DNA from: an uncultured Verrucomicrobiae bacterium
GTDB lineage: Bacteria; Verrucomicrobiota; Verrucomicrobiia; Palsa-1439
DNA: 64,000 nt
Direction: 5' to 3'
Assembly (NCBI GenBank): GCA_963812605.1
Contig: CAWEWF010000014.1
Location: 352,001 to 416,000 of the forward strand
In this document: positions 20,802 to 30,148 of the stretch, in pieces
Position numbering within the stretch: the stretch's first letter is position 1
Layout of the letters: the number at the start of each line of letters is the position of its first letter
Translations under genes and position numbers: made by a program
Notes under the pieces: generated by a model
Told to the model about the DNA's origin: nothing
Seen by the model: the letters and a program-made list of their open reading frames with translations, nothing else
The model's database searches: none

Positions 20802-21227
20802 ATGGTCGTTTATCGACTTGTAAACTCCGGACACGATCCTATTGGAGCTGGTCAACCTCTGACGCGCCCAAGTGATCACAGCAACCAGAAACTCGGTCCC
20901 GGAATGTACTTTGCTATGGATGAAGCTGCCGCGCTTCAATTCTCCAAGACGCGGCATGGTCACACGTATACGCATCTTTTGTCGTGTGATCTGGTTGGGC
21001 TGACCTCTAACGATTTTGTTGATATCGAGATTCCTGAGAATGCGCGTGCAATTCGTGAATCGCCACATGGCAAAAAATCTCACAGCGAGCGGTATTACAA
21101 CTATTGCTTGTCTAATGGCTTTAAGGGCATCATCTGGCACGCGCGAGCTGGGTGGGTTGAATTGGTGCTTTTTGAACCGTTCGTTGCGGGGAAGGTAATC
21201 ATCAAAGAAGCGAAGGCGTTGGATTGA
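20802..21227 (+). CDS. Putative ADP-ribosyltransferase-fold protein
   Basis: SD GAGGAGG; 141 aa; VYR, LGPGMYFA, GFKGII, VELVLFEP. Gene call solid, function inferred. Confidence 0.55.
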   Translation: MVVYRLVNSGHDPIGAGQPLTRPSDHSNQKLGPGMYFAMDEAAALQFSKTRHGHTYTHLLSCDLVGLTSNDFVDIEIPENARAIRESPHGKKSHSERYYNYCLSNGFKGIIWHARAGWVELVLFEPFVAGKVIIKEAKALD

Positions 21228-21228
21228 C

Positions 21229-22053
21229 ATGAACCAGAAGGAAGTATTCAAGAAGGTCAAACGAGCGACTGTCGCGCTCGGTTTGGTGGATTTCGACAAC
21301 AAGAAGCGCCCTTATGAGATTATTGGCAGTGGTTTCTGCATCGATGCCTCCGGCATAATTGTGACTTGTGCTCACGTTATAAATGCATTTATGGCCAAAT
21401 CAATTCCAGAGCAGATTGCACAGGCCGAAGCTGATCCACGTAACAAGGGCAAAGCTGACAAGATGGGTGTGGTAGAAGGCGCATACTTCTATGCAGTTTT
21501 TTATGCGCCCGAGGAATCCTCAACACGGCTAATCACTTTCCCGACACCGATGGAATGCTGTGTGGCGAACGCCAATAGAGACATTGGGCTGGTCAAGGTA
21601 TCCAGCAAACACGAGTATTTTCAATCGGGCTTCCCGTTTCTTGAAGTGGAGGATTACGAGAATCTGGACGAAGGATTAGAAATCGGCATTTGTGGATTCC
21701 CACTGGGAACGCATCTGATGGATGAGCTCGGGACGGTTACGAGTTCCTTCACGAAGGGAATGATAAGCTCGATAATTCCGTCGCCAGGAGTGCCGGTTAC
21801 CAATTTGGGTGGTTTTCAATTGGACGTCACGGCTACTCACGGGAACAGCGGCGGACCTGTCTTTTCAGTGGAAAGCGGAAAGGTTTTTGGAATCCTTTCG
21901 CAGGGCGTGGGGAATCTCGCAGGGCAGATTGTTCCGGGATTTGTCAAAGCCGAACCCGTGTATCCAGTTTTGGACGCGGTCGCGCGACTTAAATCAGAGG
22001 ATGAGGCTCAATTCGACCAAATGGCCAAAGACTTTCTCAAACTTGGTGCGTAG
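21229..22053 (+). CDS. Cytoplasmic trypsin-like serine protease
   Basis: GSGFCI, TCAHVI, RDIGL, GFPLG, GNSGGP; no signal peptide. Confidence 0.9.
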   Translation: MNQKEVFKKVKRATVALGLVDFDNKKRPYEIIGSGFCIDASGIIVTCAHVINAFMAKSIPEQIAQAEADPRNKGKADKMGVVEGAYFYAVFYAPEESSTRLITFPTPMECCVANANRDIGLVKVSSKHEYFQSGFPFLEVEDYENLDEGLEIGICGFPLGTHLMDELGTVTSSFTKGMISSIIPSPGVPVTNLGGFQLDVTATHGNSGGPVFSVESGKVFGILSQGVGNLAGQIVPGFVKAEPVYPVLDAVARLKSEDEAQFDQMAKDFLKLGA

Positions 22054-22091
22054 AGGTCGGTGACCGCCGGCTCACTCTAGACGATCTTCAT
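22053..22091 (-). pseudogene. ParE/RelE-type toxin remnant
   Basis: ATG overlaps the upstream TGA (ATGA); reads MKIV*SEPAVTDL, like MKIVWSxxAxxDL with TGG->TAG, then runs into the protease gene. Confidence 0.6.
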
Positions 22092-22300
22092 TTCACGAAC
22101 CGACGCTTTACCTCCTCGTGAGCAACCACCCGGCCTTTATTCGCGGCCTGCTTCGCGTTAGCGATCTTCGTCCGAACGTACAACGCTTCTTCTCGGTCAA
22201 GCATCCGGGCAGCTTCGGCAACGATCTCCATTCGGGCTCCTTCGGACAAGTTGCCGCCGCCCAATCTTTCTGCGTTCTTAGTGTTGGCCCTCTTGCTCAC
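22088..22300 (-). CDS. Putative type II antitoxin
   Basis: 70 aa ending LYVRTKI...GRVVAHEEVKRRF, a typical tail of antitoxins upstream of ParE/RelE. Confidence 0.6.
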   Translation of the reverse strand: MSKRANTKNAERLGGGNLSEGARMEIVAEAARMLDREEALYVRTKIANAKQAANKGRVVAHEEVKRRFVK

Positions 22301-22550
22301 TGCGAAAAGACTAAGCGAAACAAGTCAGTTAATCAAGTTGTCAGGCAAGAGGTGATCGCAAATTGCGACCACCTACCGGGCGGCAAGGCGGAAGCAGAAG
22401 AAAGAGAGCAACCGCCGTCGTCGGGACCAGGCTCGCCGAATCGTCAAGCAGGAGACTGCGACACCGGCGTCCCCCTGATGCCTAGTACTAGTAGGCAACA
22501 AACTGTCTCACCGTACGTCGACGCATAAAATCAGCTGTCAGTGAAGCAAT

Positions 22551-22573
22551 GATACATGGTAGTACCATGTATC
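22551..22573. promoter_or_regulatory. Perfect operator-like palindrome
   Basis: GATACATGGTA-G-TACCATGTATC, 11-bp arms, no T tail. Confidence 0.45.
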
Positions 22574-22661
22574 GCATAGTCAGTCAGGAAGGTCGTCATT
22601 CTGAGATCGTCGAGCAATTCCGAGATGGGGCACGACGCGGCTCTTGCAGCGACACTTGTCC

Positions 22662-25600
22662 TTACTCCTGTAAGTCGCTCACATCACCCACACCAAAATA
22701 CGCGCAATCCGGATGATGAAAAACCAGCGCGCTCACGCTGGCCTCCGGGTCCATCATGAAGCCTTCGGTCAATTGCACGCCAATCTCCTCCGGCTTTAGC
22801 AGTTTCCAGATCCCGGCTTGGTCTTCCAACGCGGGACAGGCGGGGTAGCCGAAGCTGTAGCGCCGGCCTTGGTATTTGGTCGTGAAACGGTTGATCATCG
22901 TCATATCGGTGGGATCGGGGAAACCCCAGTCCTCGCGGATGCGGCGATGCAGCCACTCGGCGCAGCCTTCGGCGGTCTCGATGGCGAGCGCTTGTAGCGC
23001 GTGCGATTTCAGGTATTCGCCCTTCGCCTTGTATTCCTCGGCGCGTTGGCGGATTCCCGTGCCCGCGCCAACGACGAAGAGAGCGACGCTGTCAGCCCGT
23101 TTCTCGCCGGAGGCCCGTTATACGAAGGCATAACATAGTCGGACAGGCACAAGCCATCGGGCTTGCGCTGGCGGTGGAAGCGGAAGGTGTGTATTGGCGC
23201 GGGCGTCTCGCCCGTGATTGTCTTCAATCGACCGGCGGGCGGGACGCCCGCCCTCACTGATGAATACAGCTTGATTGAATTCCCATCCGCTTCCGCCTCG
23301 AAAAACTGCCACACGGCTTTCACCTTCATGAACTTGGCGGCTTCGGCTTGAACGTCCTCGACGAGGTTGTGCAGCTCCAGCGCTTTCGGGTCGCGGGCGG
23401 CGAGCGCTTTCTCGTAGTTGGATTTGAAACCGAGATGGCGGACGTAGAGCATCTGCGGGTTGATGTATTCCCAAATCTCGCGAAGTTGCGGCACATCGCG
23501 CACCTTGCGCTCGGGGTAGGGCGCCGGCAACGGCGGCACGATGCGCACGCGTGAACTGCGCTTGGTCGTCTCGGGATATTCCTCCACCTTTTCCACCACG
23601 GCGGCGACGGCGACGGGCTTGTGTTCCGTCATCACCTTGTCGCGCTCGGCGGGGTCCATCAATCGGTTCATGATCGACAGGCCCGTCATCGCGTCTTTGC
23701 AGTACACCACGACGCGCTCGTAGCTCGGCGAAATCCGGCTGCGCGTGAACTTGTCGCTCAACGCCGCGCCACCCACCAGCAACGGCACGGTGATGCCCGC
23801 GTTTTTGAGGTCACCCGCGGTGATGACCATTTGCTGCGCGCTTTTTACCAACAGGCCCGACAAACCGATGGCGTCAGGCTTGTGCTCGCGATAGGCCTTG
23901 ATCAGTTCTTCGGGCGCTATCTTGATGCCGAGATTGATGACGTTGAAGCCGTTGTTCGAGAGAATAATCTCGACGAGGTTCTTGCCGATGTCATGCACGT
24001 CGCCCTTGACGGTGGCGAGCAGGACCTTGCCCTTCGTCGAGTCGGCTTTCTTCTCCATGAATTGTTCGAGGTGCGCGACGGCGGCCTTCATCGCCTCGGC
24101 GCTTTGCAGCACTTCCGCGACGATCAACTCGTTGGCGTTGAACAGGCGGCCGACCTCCTTCATCCCGTCCATGAGCGGGCCGTTGATGATGTCCAGCGGC
24201 GCGGCTTCCTTGAGTTTCAAATCGAGATCGGGAATGAGCCCTTCCTTCGAGCCTTCGAGAATGTAATTCGCCAGCCGTCCGTCGAGCGGCAGATCGGAGG
24301 TCTTTTTCTTCACGCGGCTCTCGGCGGTGCGGAAATGCTCATTGATCGCCGCGATGTGATGCTGGTTGATCGCCGCGCGCTGTTCCTTGGTCTGCTCGCG
24401 GTAATCACGCGGCGTGTCGAGACCTTCAAATGGGTAATTCCACAACAGATCCTCGACGAACTTCCGTTCCTTTTCGGGGATGGTGGCGTAGCGTTCGAGT
24501 TTTTCGGCGTTGACGATGGCGAGATCGAGCCCCGCCTTGGTCGCGTGATAGAGGAACACGGAATTGATGACCTCGCGCGCCGCGGGCGGCAGACCGAAGC
24601 TGACGTTGCTCACACCGAGAATGGTTTTGCAGCGCGGCAACGCGGCCTTGATCAGCCGCACGCCCTCGATGGTCTCGACGGCGCTGCCGATGTAGTTCTC
24701 GTCGCCGGTGGCGCAGGGAAACACGAGCGGGTCGAAAATGATGTCTTCCTCGGCGATGCCGTGGGCGACGCAATAATCGCGGGCACGCTGGGCGATGGCG
24801 AGTTTGCGTTCGCGCGTGATGGCCTGCGCCTGCTGCTTGTCCTCGTCAATCGAGCCGATGACGATTGCCGCGCCGAATTTCTTCACCAGCGGCAACACCT
24901 TGTGGAATTTTTCCTCGCCGTCCTCGAAGTTGATGGAGTTGATGATGCTCTTGCCGAGGCAATACGTCAGCGCCCGCTCGACCGACTTGTAATTCGTCGA
25001 GTCGATCATGAACGGCACTTTGACCTTGTGAATGACCTTCTCGTAAAAGCGGTCGATGTCCGTCAATTCGTCGCGGTCGGTGTTTTCGAGGTTGATGTCG
25101 ATGATATGCGCGCCGCTCTTGACCTGGGCGCGCGCGATCTCCGTCGCTTCCTCGAATTTTTCGTCGGTAATCAACCTCTTGAACGCGCGCGAGCCGACTT
25201 CGTTGGTGCGTTCGCCAACGATGAGCGGACGGTTGTCGTCGGTCGCTTCGACGAGTTCGATGCCGCTGTACCATGATTTGCGTTGCGCGCGGAACTTGCG
25301 CGGGTCCTTGCCCTCGACCATCTGCGCGATGGCTTTGATGTGCGCCGGCGTCGTGCCGCAACACCCGCCGACGATATTGAGCCAGCCGTTTTTGACAAAG
25401 CGCTCGATGGCCGACGCGAGCGAGGTCGGTGTTTCGAGATACAGGCCGTCGTCATTGGGCAACCCGGCATTTGGGTAACACGAAACGCGCGTGTTGGCCA
25501 TTTGACTGATCGTGCGGAGGTGGTCCGTCATGAATTCCGGACCCGTCGCGCAGTTCAACCCGATGCTGAGCAAATCAACATGCTGAAGCGAGGCGACGAG

Positions 25601-26257
25601 TGCATCCGCCGCTTGTCCGGCAAGCATGGTCCCAGTCGGCTCGATCGTGCCCGAAACCATAATCGGCAGTTGGTAGCCCAATTCATCGAATGCTTTCTGG
25701 ATGCCGATGAGAGCGGCCTTAATGTTTCGCGTATCCTGGCAGGTCTCAACGAGCAGAATGTCCGCGCCGCCCTCGGCGAGCCCACGAACCTGCTGGTAGA
25801 AATTCTCGATCAACCCATCGAATGTCACGCCACCCGTGACGGTGATGGCTTTTGTGGTCGGCCCGATGGATGCGGCAACGAAACGCGGTTTGTTCGGCGT
25901 GGAAAATTCCGCGGCAGCCTGGCGAGCGATTTTGGCGGCGGCGACATTGATCTCGTGACATTTGTCCGCAAGATTGTACTCCGCAAGGACCAGCGGCGTG
26001 CTGCCAAAGGTGTCGGTTTCAACAATGTCCGCGCCGGACGCATAATATTCGCGGTGAATGTTGCGAATAATGTCTGGACGCCTGAGCACGAGTATTTCGT
26101 TACAACCTTGCAAGGCAGGGCCGCCGAAGTCGTCCTCGGTAAGCAGTCCGGTTTTCTCTCGCTCCTGGATCATCGTCCCCATCGCGCCGTCGAGCACGAG
26201 GATGCGTTCATCCAGCAACGACTTCAGCAGTTTGGTTCTATCCGTGCGTTCGCTCAT
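22662..26257 (-). CDS. metH: Cobalamin-dependent methionine synthase; frameshift near 23100
   Basis: LDGAMGTMIQ, GLNCATGP, GGCCGTTP, GERTN, GDVHDIGKN, SGLL; C-terminus RYSFGYPACP...PEASVSA in another frame. Confidence 0.95.
23194..23257. repeat. REP doublet inserted in-frame in metH
   Basis: Hairpins GCGGGCG-TCT-CGCCCGT (23199-23215) and GGCGGGCG-GGA-CGCCCGCC (23234-23252), read as VRAGVPPA..TGETPAP. Confidence 0.6.
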
Positions 26258-26334
26258 GTGAAAACCAAGGGCGATACATTAGCAGCCGGGCTGCCGCAAA
26301 ACAAGCGGCGGCCCGGACTGCGTTTGCGGTTCGT

Positions 26335-26526
26335 TCAGATCTGGAAGTCCAACGGGAAATCCAGTGTTTCGGCCAATTCCTCAAGGCGGCCCGCGCCTTG
26401 TTGCTCCATAAAAGTGGCTCTGAGGGACGTGGCCGTTGGCTTTGAAGCGTCGTCTGCGGGTGTCGAAGTGCGGCTGGTTTCGTGTTGGACGACTGCGACT
26501 GTTGGTTGTGTTGCTGTAACGTACAT
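26335..26526 (-). CDS. 63-aa small protein ending LDFPLDFQI, downstream of SAM riboswitch
   Basis: SD AAAGGA about 10 nt before the ATG; fills the gap between the riboswitch terminator and metH. Confidence 0.6.
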   Translation of the reverse strand: MYVTATQPTVAVVQHETSRTSTPADDASKPTATSLRATFMEQQGAGRLEELAETLDFPLDFQI

Positions 26527-26560
26527 GATGCGTAATTCCTTTCGGTTCACGCATCAGGAC

Positions 26561-26598
26561 AAACAAAAACCGCGTCTCGCATCAAGCGAAGCGCGGTT
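26561..26598 (-). terminator. Riboswitch expression-platform terminator
   Basis: AACCGCGCTTCGC-TTGAT-GCGAGACGCGGTT followed by TTTGTTT. Confidence 0.8.
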
Positions 26599-26600
26599 GC

Positions 26601-26736
26601 GCGGAGCTTATTGTTCGAACGGCCATTTGCCGCTCGCACATCGTTCAAGGCTGACTGCCCTGAGCAAGCCACCGTAGGCGCTCCCGCCTCGGTTGGCAGG
26701 CCCCAATCCATATCGGGGTCATTCCTGATGCTGCCC
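26601..26736 (-). ncRNA. SAM riboswitch, SAM-I/IV variant
   Basis: P1 GCATC/GATGT; AUCAGGAA core; P2 CCCCGAT/ATTGGGG; P3 GCCAACC...GGTGGC; P4 TCAGGGC/GCCTTGA; P5 GAGCGGC/GCCGTTC; PK-2 GGAGC/GCTCC; upstream of metH. Confidence 0.8.
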
Positions 26737-26738
26737 GA

Positions 26739-26766
26739 AGTATACGGATTTCCGTCCGATTTGCAA
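26739..26766 (-). promoter_or_regulatory. Sigma70 promoter of riboswitch transcript
   Basis: TTGCAA-16 nt-TATACT placing +1 at the start of P1. Confidence 0.75.
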
Positions 26767-26811
26767 GCAAAACTTGCGGAGGACAATAATTGCGTGGAAA
26801 ATGAAGAAGTC

Positions 26812-27439
26812 ATGAGAGCGACCATCTTCGTAACCGCGATACTTCTGAGCGTGTGCGTCTGGGCGCGCGGAGAAGGGAAGGAGGCAGCCATGCCACAATT
26901 CACATTGACCAGTCCGAGCTTTCGAAACAGCCAACCGATACCCGCCAAGCATTCGTGCGAGGGTGGAGATGTGTCGCCTGAACTCAAATGGGAAGGCGCA
27001 CCGGCGGGAACAAAGAGCTTTGCGCTGATCTGCGACGATCCCGATGCGCCGGGCGGAACGTGGGTGCATTGGTTGATTTACAATACTCCAGGGGACACGA
27101 CAGAACTGCCGCTTGGGATTCGGATGAAAGATGATGTTGTCGTGGCAGCTTGGTCACCATCTCAAGAAACCGGCAGGATGGCAGGTCCTTGCCGTCTCCG
27201 GACTGCTGTCGGAAAGCTGCCGGGTGCCAAGCAGGGTGTCAACGATTTCGGGAAGGTGGGCTACGGCGGTCCGTGTCCGCCGCGGGGGCACGGCGTGCAC
27301 CATTATCATTTTCGGTCTGTATGCATTGGATACGGAACTAAAGCTGGCGCCGCGCGTGACGCGTCAGCAACTTGATGCCGCGATGAAGGGACATATCATC
27401 GCGGAAACGGAGCTGGTTGGAACGTTTCAGCGGGAGTGA
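26812..27439 (+). CDS. YbhB/YbcL (PEBP) family protein; frameshift near 27312
   Basis: Signal peptide, SPEL.W, DDPDAP, WVHW, YGGPCPP.G..HHYHF, then LYALD in another frame. Confidence 0.88.
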
Positions 27440-28136
27440 AGGGCGTTTGTCTGCTTCTGCAATTCGGTGCGGATGGTCGTGAGGATTTCGTAGTAGCGCC
27501 AGGCGGCGGGAGCGTCGGATTCTTGATGATGATCGGGCTTCAATATCGAGATCGCCTGTCGCCAGCAAAACTTTCTGCACTTCGGGATTCTGTCGAACCT
27601 TTTCGCGGGTCGCTTCCACGATCAATTTGTAGTGCTCGTCTGACGTTGCGGACCTAGGTTCCATACGCTTGCCTTCAAAAGTGATCCACGTAATGCCCAT
27701 CTTTTTCATGTTCGCGTCGGCCGCCGAGCCCGCATGTTTCGCGTCGAATGCCGTGAGTTGCCCGACCTCTTCACGCGTGAATTTCCATTCCAACCCCGGA
27801 AAGGTTGCACGCGGATCGTTGGCGTCCTCGGGATATTTCATCATTTGCCAGAATCCCTCGAGGCTGGCATATCTCTTTCCGTGAAAGGTGAACGGCGTCG
27901 GCGCGAAATTGGAGAGCAGGCCGAGTTCGTTGCGCTTTGAGAGAATCACTTCGCCGGGGCCGGCTTCTTGCGGCAGGATTTCCCACGCTGGCGCGCCATT
28001 CGTCGGCACCGGAGTCCACCAATGCGCCGGGTACTTCGTGATCGCGGGCGATCGTCGGGGAATCCGCAAAGGCGCCCACTGCAAACAACGTTAGAAGCAG
28101 ACAACATCCCGCGCAAATACCCGTCTCGGTTGGCAT
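27427..28136 (-). CDS. NADAR-like protein with signal peptide; frameshifts near 28045 and 27548
   Basis: LSNF...F.FHG..Y.SLEGFWQMMK, KVRQNP....LLATG; N-terminal CCLLLTLFAVGAFA; reconstructed end ILKPDHH...EIL..IR.EL. Confidence 0.65.
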
Positions 28137-28230
28137 GAATTGACTATCGGATACGATGCGCGAAACCACAAGATTGTCTTGTTGTCTTGCAGCGGGAATC
28201 GCGCAGGCTTATCGTGGCGCGCAATCGTAG

Positions 28231-29219
28231 ATGAGTACCACGCAAGCTGAATTGATCGGTCCGTTGCTGCGCAGACGTGTCGCGCTCGTTTTATCTCACG
28301 TTGCGCGTGTTGCCGAAGGAGATTCGACCGCAGATTTCGCTCGCCTACCTGTTGGCGCGGGCGACCGACACGATTGCGGACACGAAAGCGGTGCCGCGCG
28401 CGAAGCGCATCAATGCGCTGCAACAGCTTCAGAATCTCACCCATCTGCCGGAATTGGGTGAGATCGCGGGCCAACAAACTTCTGCCGGCGAAAAACAACT
28501 GCTGAAACGGTTGGAGGATTGCGTTGGGGCGCTGGGACAGTTGGAGGAAGCGGATGGCCACCGAATCCGGGAATTGCTGAGAATTATTGTCGGCGGCCAG
28601 ATCTTCGATCTCCAACGTTTTCCCGGCGAGTCGGAGAAACACATCGTCGCACTTGCCGACGACGATGAGTTGGATCGTTACACCTACATGGTGGCGGGAT
28701 GTGTTGGGGAATTCTGGACAAAGATGTGTGTCGCGCATCTTCCTGCGGTCAGCGATTGGAATATAGAGGAAATGTCTGCCCTGGGGGTGCGTTTTGGCAA
28801 GGGGTTGCAACTCGTGAACGTGTTGCGCGACATCCCGAAAGACCTGCGCATCGGTCGCTGTTATCTTCCGGTGAGTTGGCCGGCCGGATTGCTGGATCCC
28901 CATTACTTTGAGACAATTCGTCCGATCTACATGCGGTGGCTGGATGCGGCGGTAGCGCATCTGGATGCCGGCTGGCAGTACACCATGCGGATCCCGCGTT
29001 CTGAGGTCCGATTGCGGCTGGCGTGCACCTGGCCGATTTGGATCGGTTTGATGACCATTGCACGATTGCGCACTGAGAATCCGCTCGACCCAGTGCGCCG
29101 CGTCAAGATTTCGCGCAGTCAGGTTTACGGCGTGATCCTCCGGTCGTCACTGACGAGTCGCGGCGACACAGCGTTGAACCGAGCGCCAGCGCAGCCTTCG
29201 CGTCGCCGCGGCAGGTTAG
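28231..29219 (+). CDS. Squalene/phytoene synthase family; frameshifts near 28275 and 29186
   Basis: VSRSFYL, YLLARATDTIAD, YTYMVAGCVGEFW, GLQLVNVLRDIPKD, GRCYLP. Confidence 0.88.
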
Positions 29220-29222
29220 CAC

Positions 29223-29250
29223 TTGAAAAACCCCCAGCTTGGCCTAGGAT
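29223..29250 (+). promoter_or_regulatory. Promoter of dapA operon, near-leaderless
   Basis: TTGAAA-16 nt-TAGGAT, ATG 9 nt downstream. Confidence 0.55.
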
Positions 29251-29259
29251 AACCCCGCT

Positions 29260-30148
29260 ATGTTTACGGGTACTCATACGGCCTTAATCACGCCGTTCAC
29301 CAAAGACGGGAAGATCGACGAGCCGCGGCTGCGACAGCTTGTCGAACAGCAGATCGCCGCCGGCATCGATGGTCTCGTTCCCTTGCGGGACGACGGGCGA
29401 ATCGCCCACGTTAGACCACGAGGAACACAACCACGTCATCGAACTCGTCGTGAAGTTTGCGGCGAAACGCTGTGCGGTCATTGCGGGTACCGGATCGAAC
29501 TCGACCGCCGAGGCGATTTTCATGACGCAATACGCCAAGAAAGTCGGGGCGGACGCGTCGCTGCAGGTCGCGCCGTATTACAACAAACCGACACAGGCGG
29601 GACTCTACGCCCACTTTCGCGCGATTGCGGAGCAGGCGGACATTCCGCTCATCCTGTACAACATTCCCGGACGCTGCGGCGTGGACATCGCGAACGACAC
29701 GATTGCGCGGCTGCGAAGTGATTTGCCGAAGCATATCGTCGGATTGAAAGAGGCGACAGGCATCGTGGATCGCGTCAGCCAATTGCGTACACTTGTTGAC
29801 CGTGATTTTTGCATTCTTTCGGGAGATGATTCCCTAACGCTGCCGTTGATGAGCGTGGGAGCGGTGGGCGTGATCAGCGTGGCTTCGAACATGATCCCGC
29901 GTGAGGTCACGGAGATGACGCATGCCGCGTTGAAGGGGGATTTTGAACGGGCTGGTCGCATCCACACGAAACTGTTTCCGCTCTTCAAAGACCTGTTTTG
30001 CGAAACGAGCCCAATTCCACTCAAGGCCGCCATGGCCATGATGGGCCTGTGCGAAGAAACATATCGGCTGCCGCTGGTGCCCATGGGCGACGCGAATCGC
30101 GCGCAATTGAAGAAGACGCTGTTGGCTCTCGGCTTGGTGAAAGCGTGA
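29260..30148 (+). CDS. dapA: 4-hydroxy-tetrahydrodipicolinate synthase; frameshift near 29382
   Basis: TALITPF, CGTTGESPTL, PYYNKP, YNIPGR, GLKEATG, LSGDD. Confidence 0.95.

Noticed and set aside
22077-22079. Amber recoding in the toxin remnant
   Set aside because: The gene is also truncated, and TAG is used as a normal stop elsewhere in the window.
23621-26677. Long + strand ORFs (551 and 464 aa), and similar ones opposite dapL and nadB
   Set aside because: Antisense shadows of high-GC genes with no recognisable motifs.
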